Source: Campylobacterales bacterium
GTDB taxonomy: Bacteria; Campylobacterota; Campylobacteria; Campylobacterales; Nitratiruptoraceae
NCBI GenBank assembly: GCA_027024145.1
Contig: JALVTF010000062.1
Coordinates: forward strand, 12,649 to 76,648
Length of the DNA: 64,000 bases
Direction: 5' to 3'
The notes beneath the pieces were generated by a model. That model saw only the letters and a list, made by a program, of their open reading frames with translations, did no database searches and was not told where the DNA came from. Positions 25,319-36,761 of this stretch are shown here, piece after piece. The first letter of the stretch is position 1; each line of letters begins with the position of its first letter. The translations under genes and the position numbers were made by a program.

Positions 25319-26179
25319 CTATTCCTTATGTCTTGTGATGTAGTGTGCTAAGAGCGTGTGCAGTTCATCTGCTACGTCGCTATCCATGGAATCCAGCATC
25401 TCTTGGATCTCATCGGCGAGTTTATCGGCTTGCGCTTGAGCTCCTTCGAGCCCCAAGAGATTGACAAACGAATTTTTCGCTGTGTCGTTGTTTGTAGTTT
25501 TTCCGGCCTCTTCGGCACTTTTCGTAGCATCTATGATGTCATCTTGGATTTGAAAGAGTAGCCCGAGCTTGATGCCAAAATCGTAGAGCTTCTCTTGCTC
25601 CGCTTCATTCATCACTGCGATGATTGCTCCCATTTTGAGGCTGGCTGCAATCAGCTTGGCCGTTTTATTGATATGGAGGATGCGCAGTTTTTCGAGGGGA
25701 AGTTTACGATTTTCGAAATAGCAATCGAGGATTTGGCCGTGCACCATACCGTATATCCCACCGTTGTATGCGAGCTCGCGTGCAAGAGCGTTTTTGACGT
25801 CGCTATGCAGCGCTGCAGTGGCAATGAGATAGAAAGCGTGGGTATTGAGAGCATCGCCTACCAGCACGGCCGTAAGCTCGTCGAATTTTTTGTGCAGTGT
25901 CGCATTGCCGCGGCGAAGATCCGCATCATCCATCACAGGCAAGTCGTCGTGAATGAGCGAATAGGTATGGAGCATCTCTACCGCCAAAGCCGCGCGCATG
26001 GCAGAGGGGACTAAAAGCGGATTCTTGGCCTTGACGACGCTGAGCAGCAGCATTGGTCGGAAACGCTTGCCGCCGGCAAGGAGCATATAGTGAAGCGCCT
26101 CTTGGTAATAGGGGTGAAATGTCTCGAGAGTGGGGAGGTTTTCTTGCAAATAGGATTCAAACTCTTCGCGTAGCTGCAT
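25319..26179 (-). CDS. ispA: Farnesyl/geranyl diphosphate synthase (polyprenyl synthetase family)
   Basis: LIHDDLPVMDDADLRRG (FARM) and FQIQDDIIDA (SARM). Confidence 0.9.
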   Translation of the reverse strand: MQLREEFESYLQENLPTLETFHPYYQEALHYMLLAGGKRFRPMLLLSVVKAKNPLLVPSAMRAALAVEMLHTYSLIHDDLPVMDDADLRRGNATLHKKFDELTAVLVGDALNTHAFYLIATAALHSDVKNALARELAYNGGIYGMVHGQILDCYFENRKLPLEKLRILHINKTAKLIAASLKMGAIIAVMNEAEQEKLYDFGIKLGLLFQIQDDIIDATKSAEEAGKTTNNDTAKNSFVNLLGLEGAQAQADKLADEIQEMLDSMDSDVADELHTLLAHYITRHKE

Positions 26180-26490
26180 CAGCCATTTCCGAACATAGAC
26201 GGATTCATGAGATTCATGGCGAGGTTGCGCTTGTCCTCTTCCACCATTTTGAGCACGTCGTTGATAGCGCTGATGAGGAGGATCTGCAAAGACTCTTTGT
26301 CTTCGAGCAGCGAATCATCTATCTCGATATCGATGATTTCACCTTTGCCATTGGCTGTGACTTTGATGAGACCGCCGCCGCTTTTGGCTGTAAAGGTCTT
26401 TTTCTCTGCCTCTTCTTGGAGCTTTTTGGCTTTCTCTTGCATTTCCTCGAAAACTTTGCCAAGCTCCCCGAGATTGAGTTTATCGAACAT
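26179..26490 (-). CDS. YbaB/EbfC-family nucleoid-associated protein
   Basis: About 100 aa. KAKKLQEE...[22 protein letters not shown]...L.DL pattern of the YbaB family. Confidence 0.8.
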   Translation of the reverse strand: MFDKLNLGELGKVFEEMQEKAKKLQEEAEKKTFTAKSGGGLIKVTANGKGEIIDIEIDDSLLEDKESLQILLISAINDVLKMVEEDKRNLAMNLMNPSMFGNG

Positions 26491-26498
26491 CGCCGCCC

Positions 26499-26864
26499 TT
26501 ACATTTCGTTTAGGATTTCGTCGATGTTGTTGTTTTCATCCACGAGCACGATGGTAGGCTCATACTCGGCGAGCTCCTCTTGAGTATACTGGGCATACGC
26601 TACGATGATGACTTTGTCACCAGGATGGGCTTTGCGCGCAGCCGCGCCGTTGAGGCAGATCTCACGTTTGCCCCGCTCACCCTTGATGACGTAGGTCTGG
26701 AAGCGCTCGCCGTTGTTGATATTGAGAATATCCACCTTTTGGCCCACACGCAGCTTCGCAGCCTCCATGAGCTCTTCGTCGATGGTGATGGAGCCAACGT
26801 AGTTGAGATTGGCGTCCGTCACCGTCGCACGATGGATTTTGCTATACAGCATTTCGATTAGCAT
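26499..26864 (-). CDS. panD: Aspartate 1-decarboxylase
   Basis: [25 protein letters not shown], with the Gly-Ser self-processing site. Confidence 0.93.
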   Translation of the reverse strand: MLIEMLYSKIHRATVTDANLNYVGSITIDEELMEAAKLRVGQKVDILNINNGERFQTYVIKGERGKREICLNGAAARKAHPGDKVIIVAYAQYTQEELAEYEPTIVLVDENNNIDEILNEM

Positions 26865-26867
26865 CTA

Positions 26868-27254
26868 TTATGCTCCACCTGCCATTTTGATAACATCTGC
26901 GATGCTCATAGGCTCATCCCAGTACTCTTTGGGGATGAGATACTCCTCCACTGGAGTACCGCCAATGATATGTTCTTCTATAATTCTATCAATTTTTTCC
27001 TTAGAGAGTCCCACATACATGTAATGACCTGGCTCGACGAGCATCACGGGCCCCAGTTGACAGCGGTTGAGGCATCCTGTGCGTACCGGTTGGACCGCAG
27101 CGATGATTCCCTTTTCCATCAATTTTTGTGCCATATATTGAAAAAGCTGTTGGCTTTCGGGATTGTTTTGGCTCACACAGCTTGGCTTGGGAAATCCCGG
27201 AGGTGCGGACTGTTCGCATTTGAAGATGTAGAATGTCGGTTGTGGAATACCCAT
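26868..27254 (-). CDS. Thioredoxin-like [2Fe-2S] ferredoxin domain protein
   Basis: Cys pattern FKCEQ...PSC...GCLNRCQLGPVMLV, typical of NuoE-like 2Fe-2S ferredoxins. Confidence 0.65.
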   Translation of the reverse strand: MGIPQPTFYIFKCEQSAPPGFPKPSCVSQNNPESQQLFQYMAQKLMEKGIIAAVQPVRTGCLNRCQLGPVMLVEPGHYMYVGLSKEKIDRIIEEHIIGGTPVEEYLIPKEYWDEPMSIADVIKMAGGA

Positions 27255-27342
27255 GGTCGCTCCTTTAATTCATACTAAATTTGTCCGAATTGTAACAAGA
27301 AATTCTTAATGCTACTTTGATGTACAGATATGCAAACATACT

Positions 27343-28617
27343 TCAAGCTCTCTTTAAAAGTGACTCGACATAGTCGCGATCGCTAAAAGGGATTTTCTTA
27401 CCCCCTACCTCGATGTACTCTTCATCCCCTTTGCCCAGAATTAAAAGAATTTCATCCTCTTGCAGCTCTGCAAGCGCCCTTGCGATAGCCTTGGCGCGAT
27501 CTACCTCCTCTACCACAGGTGTGCCGTTTGTGATGCCTTGGCGGATATCTGCGATGATCTGTTGAGGCTCTTCCGAGCGGGGATTGTCGCTGGTAAGATA
27601 GATGCGTTTGCAAAATTTTGCAGCCGCTTGTCCCATGAGAGCTCGCTTGCTGCGATCGCGGTCCCCTCCCGCACCAAAGAGTGCTACGATATTTTTGCCC
27701 GGGAAGGATTCGAAAACCTTTTGCATTCCATCGGGTGTGTGGGCAAAATCGATGACGATAAGAGGCTCATAGTTCACTATCTCCATGCGCCCTCGCACGC
27801 CGCCGAAGTTTTCCACAGCTTCGGCTATTTTCGCAAGGGGTTCATTGGTAAGCATATGCACCGCACCCACAGAGGCCGTGATGTTGTAGAGATTGAAAAG
27901 CCCCACGAGCGGTGAGTGAAAATCGACGGTCTCGGAGCCAAACTGCAAGAGCGCGCTAATACCCTGCTCCATCGAATAGGCCGCGATTTTGTACGTGGCC
28001 ATCTCTTCGATAGCGTAGGTACGCAAGTTTTTGGGATTGTAGCGGATATAAGGATCCTCTTTGTTGATGAGCTTGGGCGCTTCGTCTGCGAAGAGTGCAC
28101 TTTTTACGGCCGCGTAGTTTTGCATACTTTTATGATAGTCCAGATGGTCTTGAGAAAGGTTGGTAAAGACTTTCAGAGCGAATTGCAGGCCTTCGATGCG
28201 TTCTTGAGCGATAGCATGGGAGCTCACCTCCATGACAAAGTGCGAAGCCCCACGCTTTTTGGCTTGGAAGAGGTGATAGATCGTCTGGCCGATGGGAGGC
28301 GTGGTGTGACTCTTGGCACCGACCTTTTCATCGGCGACGAAAAAGCCGCGTGTACCTTGCAGCGCCGCAGGATAACCCAGATCATTGAGCAGCGAGTAGA
28401 TCGCTGCTGCCGTCGTTGTTTTGCCGTTGGTTCCCGTGATGCCTACGATCTGCATATCGGTAAGTCCCAATTTTTGGAGAAGCTCTTTAGGTCGAAGCGT
28501 ATTTTGGGGAGTAGCATCGATATATTTTTCGTTTTGGCGCGTCAGCAAGAAATAGTCGGCACTGCCTAATTCTTGGGTATTGTCCGTTACCGTGAAACTA
28601 CCGAAATCGTAGATCAT
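27343..28617 (-). CDS. murE: UDP-N-acetylmuramoyl-L-alanyl-D-glutamate--2,6-diaminopimelate ligase
   Basis: GITGTNGKTTTA P-loop and a DNPR motif (TSDNPRSEEP) consistent with meso-DAP-adding MurE. Confidence 0.92.
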   Translation of the reverse strand: MIYDFGSFTVTDNTQELGSADYFLLTRQNEKYIDATPQNTLRPKELLQKLGLTDMQIVGITGTNGKTTTAAAIYSLLNDLGYPAALQGTRGFFVADEKVGAKSHTTPPIGQTIYHLFQAKKRGASHFVMEVSSHAIAQERIEGLQFALKVFTNLSQDHLDYHKSMQNYAAVKSALFADEAPKLINKEDPYIRYNPKNLRTYAIEEMATYKIAAYSMEQGISALLQFGSETVDFHSPLVGLFNLYNITASVGAVHMLTNEPLAKIAEAVENFGGVRGRMEIVNYEPLIVIDFAHTPDGMQKVFESFPGKNIVALFGAGGDRDRSKRALMGQAAAKFCKRIYLTSDNPRSEEPQQIIADIRQGITNGTPVVEEVDRAKAIARALAELQEDEILLILGKGDEEYIEVGGKKIPFSDRDYVESLLKRA

Positions 28618-29180
28618 ACTTTTGTGCTTTGGAGTCTATCCAGAAGCTCGCCTAAGCGTTTATCGGCCGGATAGAGCTTTGTGGCATCTTCGATGTAGCT
28701 ATAGACCATATCTGTATAGCCCGATTCAATGAGCTGGTGGATAAAATCAAAAAAGTCGCTCTTTTTCGTTATTACCACTTTGGTACTGAACATAATATCT
28801 TCGAAGGCTCTCTTGAAACTTCCTCGCTCCTTGACGATTTCTTTAAAATCACTGTAACTGATCCCTTCCGGTACTACGGATGGAGTTTCGATCTCGAGCT
28901 CACTGAGACTGTTTTGTGCGCCATCGAGAGTTTGGATCATCGCGATGATACGTTTGTATGGTTCCGGCTCACCTTCATCCTTGAGCACCAAGAAAAAGTC
29001 ATAGAGCGCTGCCGCCTCTTCTTCGTCTTCGCTCACCAGATCACAAAGCATTGCACCCATCTGTGCTTCGAGGTTTTCCGGATCTTTGCGCAAAATAGCC
29101 AAAAAGAGATCGAGCGCCTCTTGATAGCGACGCTCCATAAAGAGACGCCCAGCCTCATCGAGCATTTTTCGGATGCTCAT
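28614..29180 (-). CDS. Hypothetical protein with a TPR-like N-terminus
   Basis: ORF coupled by ATGA overlaps to murE and nfu. From memory, a hypothetical gene sits at this position in Helicobacter pylori; this was not checked. Confidence 0.55.
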   Translation of the reverse strand: MSIRKMLDEAGRLFMERRYQEALDLFLAILRKDPENLEAQMGAMLCDLVSEDEEEAAALYDFFLVLKDEGEPEPYKRIIAMIQTLDGAQNSLSELEIETPSVVPEGISYSDFKEIVKERGSFKRAFEDIMFSTKVVITKKSDFFDFIHQLIESGYTDMVYSYIEDATKLYPADKRLGELLDRLQSTKV

Positions 29181-29485
29181 TGACCTTTCTCTCCTTCATA
29201 CTGCATCGCAATATCTTCCCATTTGTCTTCATAGCCCGGCGGGATGTTGATCACTTCGATATCGGGATGGATCTTGATTTTAAGCTGGCGCTCCACGCCG
29301 TACTTGAGGGTATTGCCCGATGCACTGCATCCCACACACGCACCGCCAAGCTGTACGAAAACTTTGCCGTTGCGTACGCCCAGAAGCTTGATATCGCCTC
29401 CATCGAGAGCGATCATCGGGCGAATCTCTTCGATAATTTTTTCGACTGCCGGCTTGAGGTCTTCATCGGTAAAAGGGAACTGCAT
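29177..29485 (-). CDS. NifU C-terminal-domain (Nfu-like) Fe-S cluster scaffold/carrier
   Basis: IRPMIALDGGDIKLLGV...GGACVGCSAS CxxC motif. Confidence 0.85.
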   Translation of the reverse strand: MQFPFTDEDLKPAVEKIIEEIRPMIALDGGDIKLLGVRNGKVFVQLGGACVGCSASGNTLKYGVERQLKIKIHPDIEVINIPPGYEDKWEDIAMQYEGEKGQ

Positions 29486-29555
29486 CGCTATCCTTTAACA
29501 GTTTGAAGGAATATAGTTTATTTTCGGTTAAAAGGAGATTAAATTTAGCGGTTAG

Positions 29556-29573
29556 CAGAGGCAAGAGCCTCTG
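29556..29573 (-). terminator. Hairpin downstream of rplQ (no U-tract)
   Basis: CAGAGGC-tctt-GCCTCTG, 8 nt after the rplQ stop at the end of the alpha operon. Confidence 0.3.
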
Positions 29574-29581
29574 AGAGAAGA

Positions 29582-29932
29582 TTAAACGAGCTCGATGAAC
29601 GCCATGGGAGCAGCGTCACCACGGCGAATACGCGTTTTCGTGATGCGCGTGTAGCCACCGTTGCGCTCTTTGTATTTTGGAGCGATTTCGTTGACAAGCT
29701 TCTTAGTCGCTTCTTTGTCTTGTAATGCTGCAAAAACTGCTCTGTGCGCGTTAAAATCGCCTTTGCGCGCACGGGTGATCAGTTTTTCTATGAAACTGCG
29801 AAGCGTTTTCGCTTTCGCTTCGGTCGTTTCGATTTTTTCACTCATGATCAAGGCGATGGCTAAATTCTTCAATAGCGCTTTTCTATGCGCACTCGTACGA
29901 CTCAGTTTTCTATATCCGTGTCTATGTCTCAT
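29582..29932 (-). CDS. rplQ: 50S ribosomal protein L17
   Basis: [25 protein letters not shown]. Confidence 0.96.
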   Translation of the reverse strand: MRHRHGYRKLSRTSAHRKALLKNLAIALIMSEKIETTEAKAKTLRSFIEKLITRARKGDFNAHRAVFAALQDKEATKKLVNEIAPKYKERNGGYTRITKTRIRRGDAAPMAFIELV

Positions 29933-30927
29933 GCATTATCCTTTAGGCTTTGGATTTTTTGGAGGACCGCCTCTTTTTCAGCTTCACTCATACTGCTTAC
30001 ATCCACACCCAAATCTGCAAGCTTTTCTTCGATTTCATCAACAGATTTCTTACCGAGATTTTTGATGGATTTGAGCTCTTTTTTGTCCATCAAAAGAAGC
30101 TCTCCCACATACTGCACGCCTGCTTTTTCGAGACTGTTGTAGCTACGTGCACCGAGATTGAGAATATCGAGTGGCTCGAAAAAGATTGTATTTGCACTCA
30201 CATCAGCCGTAGCTCCCGTGCTCTCTATGACATTGAGGTCCCCATCGAAAATCGCCATTTGGCTTTTGAGAACGCCAAGAGCCATTTTGAGTGCTTCCAC
30301 TGGATCGACCTGTCCGTCCGTTTCGATATCAAAAACGATTTTCTCATAATTTGGGTTGTCTTCTACAAGAACGTTTTCGATCTCGTAGACCGCTTTTTTG
30401 ACTGGAGTAAAAAAGGCATCGAGTGCGATGAATCCTTCGGGAAGCTCGTCACGAATAAGTTCGCTGGGCACGTATCCGATGCCTTTTTTAATAATAATTG
30501 TAAAATTGAGTTTGGCATCTTCATTGAGTGTGGCCAGGAAATTATCCGGCGTCACCACCTCGACGGTCTCGTTACTCAAATCAGCCCCTCTAAGCTCTTT
30601 AGGCCCTTCGAAACTGTATTCAATCGTCGCCTCTTCGGCTTCGGGGTCTTTGAGTTTGAAACGAATATTTTTGAGATTGATGATAAACTCCGCCACATCC
30701 TCGAGCATGCCGCGGACGCTATCAAATTCATGCTTGACGCCCTCGATCTGAATGCCTACAGGAGCATATCCCACTGTCGCACTCAAAAGCAGACGTCTGA
30801 GAGGATGTGCCACAGAGATAGCGTAGCCTTTTTCATATGGATAGACACCCAGACGGACATGGTTTTCTTTAATTTTCTCTACGTCGATATTAGTTGGAAC
30901 CGACGGACTCACTTTGATTTTACTCAT
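29929..30927 (-). CDS. rpoA: DNA-directed RNA polymerase subunit alpha
   Basis: [16 protein letters not shown]-terminal domain and the C-terminal [26 protein letters not shown] at 30927; the tracked TTG at 30933 would add 2 aa. Confidence 0.95.
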   Translation of the reverse strand: MSKIKVSPSVPTNIDVEKIKENHVRLGVYPYEKGYAISVAHPLRRLLLSATVGYAPVGIQIEGVKHEFDSVRGMLEDVAEFIINLKNIRFKLKDPEAEEATIEYSFEGPKELRGADLSNETVEVVTPDNFLATLNEDAKLNFTIIIKKGIGYVPSELIRDELPEGFIALDAFFTPVKKAVYEIENVLVEDNPNYEKIVFDIETDGQVDPVEALKMALGVLKSQMAIFDGDLNVIESTGATADVSANTIFFEPLDILNLGARSYNSLEKAGVQYVGELLLMDKKELKSIKNLGKKSVDEIEEKLADLGVDVSSMSEAEKEAVLQKIQSLKDNA

Positions 30928-30979
30928 TGCCAACTCTCTTTTATGATTTTTTGAGCTAGGCCCAAAGGCCTAAAAGCTA

Positions 30980-31606
30980 TTATTTAGAGTACAGCTCGAC
31001 GATCAGACGCTCTTCGACTGGGATTTCCACTTCGCTGCGCTCAGGCACGCGAGTAAAGATACCGAAAACTTTCTCTTTATCCACATCGACCCATGGCACG
31101 ATACCAGTTTGGTTGGTCAACTCCAAAGCTCTTTGGATTTGTGGATTGTTTTTGCTCTTTTCGCGAATCTCGATCTTTTGACCCGGTTTGACACGGTAAG
31201 AAGGGATGTTAACTCGTTTGCCGTCCACGAGAACGTGACCATGGCTCACCAGCTGACGTGCGAAGCGGCGAGTCGTTGCAAATCCCATTCTATATACAAC
31301 ATTGTCGAGACGCTGCTCAAGAAGTTTGATCAGGTTCTCCCCTGTGTTGCCTTCGATTCTGTTGGCTTCTTTGAAGAGATTACGGAACTGCTTTTCAGCT
31401 ACACCGTACATAAATTTCGCTTTTTGCTTTTCGCGCAGCTGCAAGCCGTATTCACTGATTTTGCTTCTTCTTTGACCATGCTGTCCAGGAGGATATGGTC
31501 TTTTATCCAACGCACTCTTGCCCGCAAGGCGTCTTTCACCTTTGAGTGCGAGGCTCACACCAAGTCGTCTTTCGATCTTTTCTACCGGACCTCTATATCT
31601 TGCCAT
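30980..31606 (-). CDS. rpsD: 30S ribosomal protein S4
   Basis: [19 protein letters not shown]... Confidence 0.96.
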   Translation of the reverse strand: MARYRGPVEKIERRLGVSLALKGERRLAGKSALDKRPYPPGQHGQRRSKISEYGLQLREKQKAKFMYGVAEKQFRNLFKEANRIEGNTGENLIKLLEQRLDNVVYRMGFATTRRFARQLVSHGHVLVDGKRVNIPSYRVKPGQKIEIREKSKNNPQIQRALELTNQTGIVPWVDVDKEKVFGIFTRVPERSEVEIPVEERLIVELYSK

Positions 31607-31659
31607 CGTTTCTCCTACTCAAATTTTTTTCGTTCTGTGTGGCGTACCGTTAGAGTTTG

Positions 31660-32049
31660 TTATACACGTCTTCGTTTAGGAGGTCTACATCCGTTGTGTG
31701 GCAACGGCGTGATATCTTTGAAAAAGAGTACGCGGATACCCTCGATGGCACCGACACTCTTGACTGCCGTATCGCGGCCGCTTCCTGGACCTTGGACTTT
31801 GATACCCACTTCTTTGATACCATGCTCTTTCGCTTTTGTCATGGCATCTTCGACAGCTTGTTGCGCTGCGAACGGAGTGGATTTCTTGCTGCCTTTAAAA
31901 CCGAGGCTTCCTGCACTACTCCAGGCGATCACGTTACCCATTTCATCAGTAACGGTCACCACGGTGTTGTTAAACGTGGCATTGATATAGACGACACCGC
32001 GTGCGATATTTTTCTTGACTACTTTTTTTCTCGTTCTCTTCTTAGCCAT
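31660..32049 (-). CDS. rpsK: 30S ribosomal protein S11
   Basis: [46 protein letters not shown]. Confidence 0.96.
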   Translation of the reverse strand: MAKKRTRKKVVKKNIARGVVYINATFNNTVVTVTDEMGNVIAWSSAGSLGFKGSKKSTPFAAQQAVEDAMTKAKEHGIKEVGIKVQGPGSGRDTAVKSVGAIEGIRVLFFKDITPLPHNGCRPPKRRRV

Positions 32050-32053
32050 CTAC

Positions 32054-32422
32054 TTATCCTTTTTTAGAACCTACAGTTTTTTTCTTACCTTTTCTCGTGC
32101 GGGCATTTGTTTTCGTTCTTTGACCACGCACAGGAAGTCCACGTCTATGGCGAAGGCCTCTGTAGCAGCCGATATCCATGAGTGCTTTGATATCCATGGC
32201 CACTTTACGGCGCAAATCACCTTCGACCATGTAGTTTTCGCGGATGTGTTTGTTGATTGTCGCCACTTCGTCTTCTGTAAGTTCGTAGACACGTTTATCG
32301 TAGCTGATGCCTACTGCATCGAGGATTTTTCTCGAAGTCGTCAGACCGATGCCATACACATATGGCAATGCATATTCGATGCGCTTGTTTTTAGGTAAAT
32401 CTACACCTGCAATCCTTGCCAT
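32054..32422 (-). CDS. rpsM: 30S ribosomal protein S13
   Basis: [26 protein letters not shown]. Confidence 0.96.
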   Translation of the reverse strand: MARIAGVDLPKNKRIEYALPYVYGIGLTTSRKILDAVGISYDKRVYELTEDEVATINKHIRENYMVEGDLRRKVAMDIKALMDIGCYRGLRHRRGLPVRGQRTKTNARTRKGKKKTVGSKKG

Positions 32423-32425
32423 GCA

Positions 32426-32539
32426 CTATCCTTGTCTCTGTTTATGTTTTGGATTGACGCAGATGACGCGAACCACGCCTTTGCGTTTGATGATTTTGCA
32501 CTTGTCGCACATTTTTTTGACTGAAGGTCGAACTTTCAT
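32426..32539 (-). CDS. rpmJ: 50S ribosomal protein L36 (37 aa, below the ORF-track cutoff)
   Basis: Hand translation: [48 protein letters not shown]. Confidence 0.92.
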   Translation of the reverse strand: MKVRPSVKKMCDKCKIIKRKGVVRVICVNPKHKQRQG

Positions 32540-32585
32540 CACTTCTCCTTAAGGTATATCGGCACTCAGACTAACGGTACGCTTA

Positions 32586-32639
32586 GGTTTGACGAGCGAG
32601 TCAAACCAACCCTTGTAAGAGGAGTGCCGCCTCTTACAA
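32586..32639 (-). promoter_or_regulatory. Two tandem hairpins in the 163-nt infA-rpmJ spacer
   Basis: GGTTTGAC-n6-GTCAAACC (32586-32607) and TTGTAAGAGG-n7-CCTCTTACAA (32613-32639). Confidence 0.4.
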
Positions 32640-32702
32640 AGACTCTTCCCACAGTTCCCCAAAAAGGGATGTAATGATACTTAAAAGTTGCTTAATTTAA
32701 GC

Positions 32703-32921
32703 TTATTTATATCTAAAGGTGATGCGACCCTTGTCGAGACTGTAGGGAGTCAACTCCACTTTGACTCTGTCGCCGGGGAGAATCTTTATGTAGTGCATAC
32801 GCATTTTGCCGGCAATATGGCACAGCACCACATGGCCGTTTTCGAGCTCTACGCGAAACATTGCGTTGGGCAATGCCTCTTTGACGACACCGTCCACTTC
32901 TATCACATCATCTTTTGCCAT
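32703..32921 (-). CDS. infA: Translation initiation factor IF-1
   Basis: [41 protein letters not shown]. Confidence 0.96.
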   Translation of the reverse strand: MAKDDVIEVDGVVKEALPNAMFRVELENGHVVLCHIAGKMRMHYIKILPGDRVKVELTPYSLDKGRITFRYK

Positions 32922-32922
32922 C

Positions 32923-33687
32923 TCAATCCTCCTTGCTTAAAATTTCCGCTTTGCCGCCAATGACCGCAACGGTATGCTCGTAATGACTGCCTCGCAATCC
33001 GTCTTCGCTCACCACAGACCACTTGTCGTCCAAAATTTTAGGGGTCCCAAGCTTTTGGCATATCATGGGCTCGAGACAAAAGACCATCCCCTCTTTGATT
33101 TTGGGTCCGCTTTTGGGCGAGCCATGTTCGAGATAGTTGGGGATTTCGGGCTCCTCATGGGGTTTGCGCCCTATACCATGCCCGCAAAAGCCATGTAAAG
33201 GCTGATAACCACGAGCTTTGATAAATTTCTCTATCTCGTAGCTGAGCTCTTTGAATCGCAGTCCCGGGCGAATGATCTCGATAGCGAAATAGAGTGTATC
33301 TTTGGCTATTTGGATGAGTGCCTCGTCGGCTTTGCTTATTTTGCCCACGCCCACAGTCACTGCGGCATCCCCGTACCAGCCATCCAGCTCCGTCCCAATA
33401 TCGAGGCCAATGATATCGCCTTCTTGCAGTGTATATTCAGTTGGAATACCGTGAATGATCACTTCATTGACAGAAGTACACACACTGGCAGGAAACCCAT
33501 AGAGCCCCTTGAACGACGGACGTGCACCCTGGGAGCGGATGAATTCTTCGCCTAAGCGATCGAGTTCAAGCAGTGAAACACCCGGCTTGCACTGCTCGCT
33601 GAGATAGCTCAATGTTTTTGCTACGATGATATTGGCTTTGCGAAGCTTGTCGATTTCGGCAGGTTTGCGAATAGGAATAGCCATCAC
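32923..33687 (-). CDS. map: Type I methionine aminopeptidase
   Basis: Metal ligands in [20 protein letters not shown] and YEHTV. Confidence 0.94.
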   Translation of the reverse strand: MMAIPIRKPAEIDKLRKANIIVAKTLSYLSEQCKPGVSLLELDRLGEEFIRSQGARPSFKGLYGFPASVCTSVNEVIIHGIPTEYTLQEGDIIGLDIGTELDGWYGDAAVTVGVGKISKADEALIQIAKDTLYFAIEIIRPGLRFKELSYEIEKFIKARGYQPLHGFCGHGIGRKPHEEPEIPNYLEHGSPKSGPKIKEGMVFCLEPMICQKLGTPKILDDKWSVVSEDGLRGSHYEHTVAVIGGKAEILSKED

Positions 33688-34946
33688 AAACCTACCGCAC
33701 TGAGTGTTTCGTACTTACTCATGTAGATCTGCGCTTCGATCTTACGCATCGTATCCAAAGCCACCTGCACCACGATAAGCACTGCTGTACCGCCAAAGTA
33801 AAACGGCACTCCCATCGCTTTGACGAGCACCCATGGAAGCGTGGCGATAACTGCGAGATAGAGCGATCCCCAAAGCGTGAGGCGGCTCGCCACTTCATTG
33901 AGATACATGGCCGTAGGTTCGCCTGGTCGCACACCGGGAATGAAGCCGCCTTGACGCTTAAGGTTGTCTGCTATCTCCTTGCCATTAAAGACGATGGAGG
34001 TGTAGAAGTAGGCGAAGAAAATCACGAGTGCGAACATCAAGAGATTGAACGTGAAACCGTTGGGATTGAGAATATCGGCAACTTTTTGCAAGATAGGATT
34101 GTGGCTCGATTGTAAAATGGTCGATGGAAACATCAAAAGGGCAGAGGCGAAAATCGGTGGAATTACGCCGCTGAGATTGAGTTTGATAGGGATATAGTTC
34201 ATGATGCGTTTTTTCTGATTTTGCATCAAGACTTTACGCGAATACGAGATCGGGATACGGCGCTCCGCGAGCTCCATGTAAATGATAAAACCTACCGTCA
34301 CCAAAACGATCAAAACGATGGCGATAAGGACGAGAAAATTCATCTCACCGGTATTGACCAGGTTGATAGTCCCCCCGATTGCCGCAGGAATGCGACTGAC
34401 AATCCCGGCAAAAATAATGAGTGAGATACCGTTACCTACACCGCGCTGCGTAATCTGCTCACCGATCCACATCAAAATCATCGTCCCCGCAAGCATACTG
34501 ATAGCCGCAATGGTCACAAACGTGGGCATATCGATCATGATAGCCGGTTCACCGCCTTTGCCTGTAAGCGCATGGAGTCCCATGGAAACACCTACAGCCT
34601 GTATGAGTGTAATGACAATCGTAGCATAACGGATAATCTGCATATATTTCGTCATGCCGTCGCGCTCTTTTTTAAGCTGACCGAGGGCTGGAAAAGTAGC
34701 CGCAAGGAGTTCCATAATGATCGAAGCGGTAATGTAGGGCATGATACCGAGAGAGATGATGCTAAGCCTTCGTACGGCGTTGCCACTAAAGAGGTTGAAC
34801 ATTCCCAGGGCATTGCCTGCTTGCGTATCGAAAAAATCTTTGACTACATCGATATTGACACCGGGGACGGGGACATACGCCAGGACTCTGTACAAAAACA
34901 GAAATCCCAGCGTAATAAGGATTTTATTAACGAGTGACTTACTCAT
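33684..34946 (-). CDS. secY: Preprotein translocase subunit SecY
   Basis: Ten-TM SecY sequence ([15 protein letters not shown]). The ATG at 34946 overlaps the rplO stop (ATGAGTAA). The tracked start at 35006 is an extension into rplO. Confidence 0.94.
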   Translation of the reverse strand: MSKSLVNKILITLGFLFLYRVLAYVPVPGVNIDVVKDFFDTQAGNALGMFNLFSGNAVRRLSIISLGIMPYITASIIMELLAATFPALGQLKKERDGMTKYMQIIRYATIVITLIQAVGVSMGLHALTGKGGEPAIMIDMPTFVTIAAISMLAGTMILMWIGEQITQRGVGNGISLIIFAGIVSRIPAAIGGTINLVNTGEMNFLVLIAIVLIVLVTVGFIIYMELAERRIPISYSRKVLMQNQKKRIMNYIPIKLNLSGVIPPIFASALLMFPSTILQSSHNPILQKVADILNPNGFTFNLLMFALVIFFAYFYTSIVFNGKEIADNLKRQGGFIPGVRPGEPTAMYLNEVASRLTLWGSLYLAVIATLPWVLVKAMGVPFYFGGTAVLIVVQVALDTMRKIEAQIYMSKYETLSAVGL

Positions 34947-35346
34947 TATTTTGTCCGCTATAAGAGATATTATCGTCTTTGATTTTTGCAACGATCTCTT
35001 TGACACCTTTTCCGATAAGTTTCACGCGAACCACATATTTGGGAAGTTTATAGACACTTCTGATTGTCTCGATTGTAATCTCATCGAGCCCAGCGATCTT
35101 TTTGGCTTTATCCACATTGATCGCATACGGTTTTTCGATGCGAGAGTTGAAGCCCACTTTAGGGAGTCTTCTTTGCAGTGGTTGTTGGCCACCCTCGAAC
35201 CCTCTTTTTTGCTTAAAGCCGGTTCTACTTTTTTGACCCTTTTGACCGCGTGTAGCAGTTTTTCCCATACCACTACCTTGACCGCGGCCCACACGTTTGA
35301 TTTTGTGCGTGCTTCCGGGTGCTGGTTGGAGATTGTGTAGTGCCAT
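34939..35346 (-). CDS. rplO: 50S ribosomal protein L15
   Basis: [24 protein letters not shown]. Confidence 0.95.
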   Translation of the reverse strand: MALHNLQPAPGSTHKIKRVGRGQGSGMGKTATRGQKGQKSRTGFKQKRGFEGGQQPLQRRLPKVGFNSRIEKPYAINVDKAKKIAGLDEITIETIRSVYKLPKYVVRVKLIGKGVKEIVAKIKDDNISYSGQNNE

Positions 35347-35355
35347 GATCTATCC

Positions 35356-35799
35356 TTATCCTTTGATTCTCTCGAGTGCTTCTATTGTAGCACGAACCAG
35401 TGTCGCTGGGTTGTTTGATCCCAAAGATTTCGTCAAAATATCTTTGATACCGGCAAGTTCGAGTACGGGACGTGCCGCACCACCGGCGATCACACCGGTA
35501 CCTTGACTTGCTGGTTTGAGCAAGATTTTGCTGGCGTTGTATTTGTGCTCGATATCGTGCGCGATAGTCGTACCTTTGATATTCACTGTCGTGATGTTCT
35601 TAAAAGCGTTGTCGATCGCTTTTTTGATGGCATCAGGCACCTCTTTTGCTTTTCCGATGCCATAGCCTACATGCCCTTTTCTATCACCCACGACGACGAG
35701 GGCGCTGAAGCGAAATCGACGTCCACCTTTGACCACTTTCGTAACGCGGCTGATGTTGACAACAACTTCTTCGAACTCTTCTCTATTCCACTTTTCCAT
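35356..35799 (-). CDS. rpsE: 30S ribosomal protein S5
   Basis: [27 protein letters not shown]. It is followed directly by rplO, so there is no L30 gene. Confidence 0.96.
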   Translation of the reverse strand: MEKWNREEFEEVVVNISRVTKVVKGGRRFRFSALVVVGDRKGHVGYGIGKAKEVPDAIKKAIDNAFKNITTVNIKGTTIAHDIEHKYNASKILLKPASQGTGVIAGGAARPVLELAGIKDILTKSLGSNNPATLVRATIEALERIKG

Positions 35800-35808
35800 T
35801 CGCTACCC

Positions 35809-36165
35809 CTAAAACTTGATTCCGTTTTCTCTCAAAGCGTCAGCAAAAGACGCTACGACACCATGGTACAAATAGCCATTCCTATCGAAAACGATGGTCT
35901 CGATATTGAGGGCCTTGAGTTTCGCAGCCATATCTTCGGCCACTTTTTTCACCTCTTCCTTGTTGGCTTTCAAGCCCATCTTCGCTCCGTCGCTATATGC
36001 GAGCGTATGCCCCTTCGTATCGTCGATAGCTTGGGCATAGAAGTGTCTATTGGACTTGAAGACAGAAACACGAGGTCTATCGGCCGTTCCGGTGATTTTG
36101 CCGCGAACTCTTCTTTTTCTTTTGATTCTGAGTCTATTTTTTCTTCTTTGAACGCTCTCTCTCAT
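35809..36165 (-). CDS. rplR: 50S ribosomal protein L18
   Basis: [20 protein letters not shown]. Confidence 0.95.
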   Translation of the reverse strand: MRESVQRRKNRLRIKRKRRVRGKITGTADRPRVSVFKSNRHFYAQAIDDTKGHTLAYSDGAKMGLKANKEEVKKVAEDMAAKLKALNIETIVFDRNGYLYHGVVASFADALRENGIKF

Positions 36166-36175
36166 ATCCTACCCT

Positions 36176-36712
36176 TTACTTCTTAGCGGTTTTACCGGCT
36201 TTTCTGATGATCACTTCGTCGACATACTTGACACCCTTGCCTTTGTACGGTTCAGGTGGTCTGAAGCTTCTGATCTCTGCGGCCACTTGTCCCACTTTTT
36301 GTTTGTCGTGGCCTTTGACGGTGATGATATTTTTCTCTACAGTAATCTGGATTCCCTCAGGAATGGCATAGTTGATAGGGTGGGAAAAACCGAGCTGCAG
36401 TTCAAGCTCTTTGCCCTTAACTTGCGCTCTGTATCCCACCCCGTTGATTTCGAGTTTTTTCTCGAAACCCTCTACGAGGCCTTTGATCGCATTGCTGGTA
36501 AGAGCTCTATATGTTCCCCAAAATGCTTTGCTCTGTCTGTCGTCGCTGACGGGAGAAAAAATGATTTTGTTATCTTCGATTTTTACGTTCACTCTATCGC
36601 CAAACTCCACCTCTTGCGTGAGGTTGCCTTTTTTGGCGATGAGTTTGCCATCTTCGATTTTCACTTCGACTCCGCTTGGAATCGCTACCGGTTGTTTCCC
36701 AATTCTACTCAT
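36176..36712 (-). CDS. rplF: 50S ribosomal protein L6
   Basis: [19 protein letters not shown]. Confidence 0.96.
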   Translation of the reverse strand: MSRIGKQPVAIPSGVEVKIEDGKLIAKKGNLTQEVEFGDRVNVKIEDNKIIFSPVSDDRQSKAFWGTYRALTSNAIKGLVEGFEKKLEINGVGYRAQVKGKELELQLGFSHPINYAIPEGIQITVEKNIITVKGHDKQKVGQVAAEIRSFRPPEPYKGKGVKYVDEVIIRKAGKTAKK

Positions 36713-36724
36713 GTCGTTCCTTTA

Positions 36725-36761
36725 TACGATATTTCTACGAGTGACTCGAATGGATATCGTA
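36725..36761 (-). promoter_or_regulatory. Hairpin immediately downstream of rpsH (rpsH-rplF spacer)
   Basis: TACGATAT...ATATCGTA 8-bp outer stem with an inner CGAG-tga-CTCG. It ends 1 nt from the rpsH stop. Confidence 0.4.
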
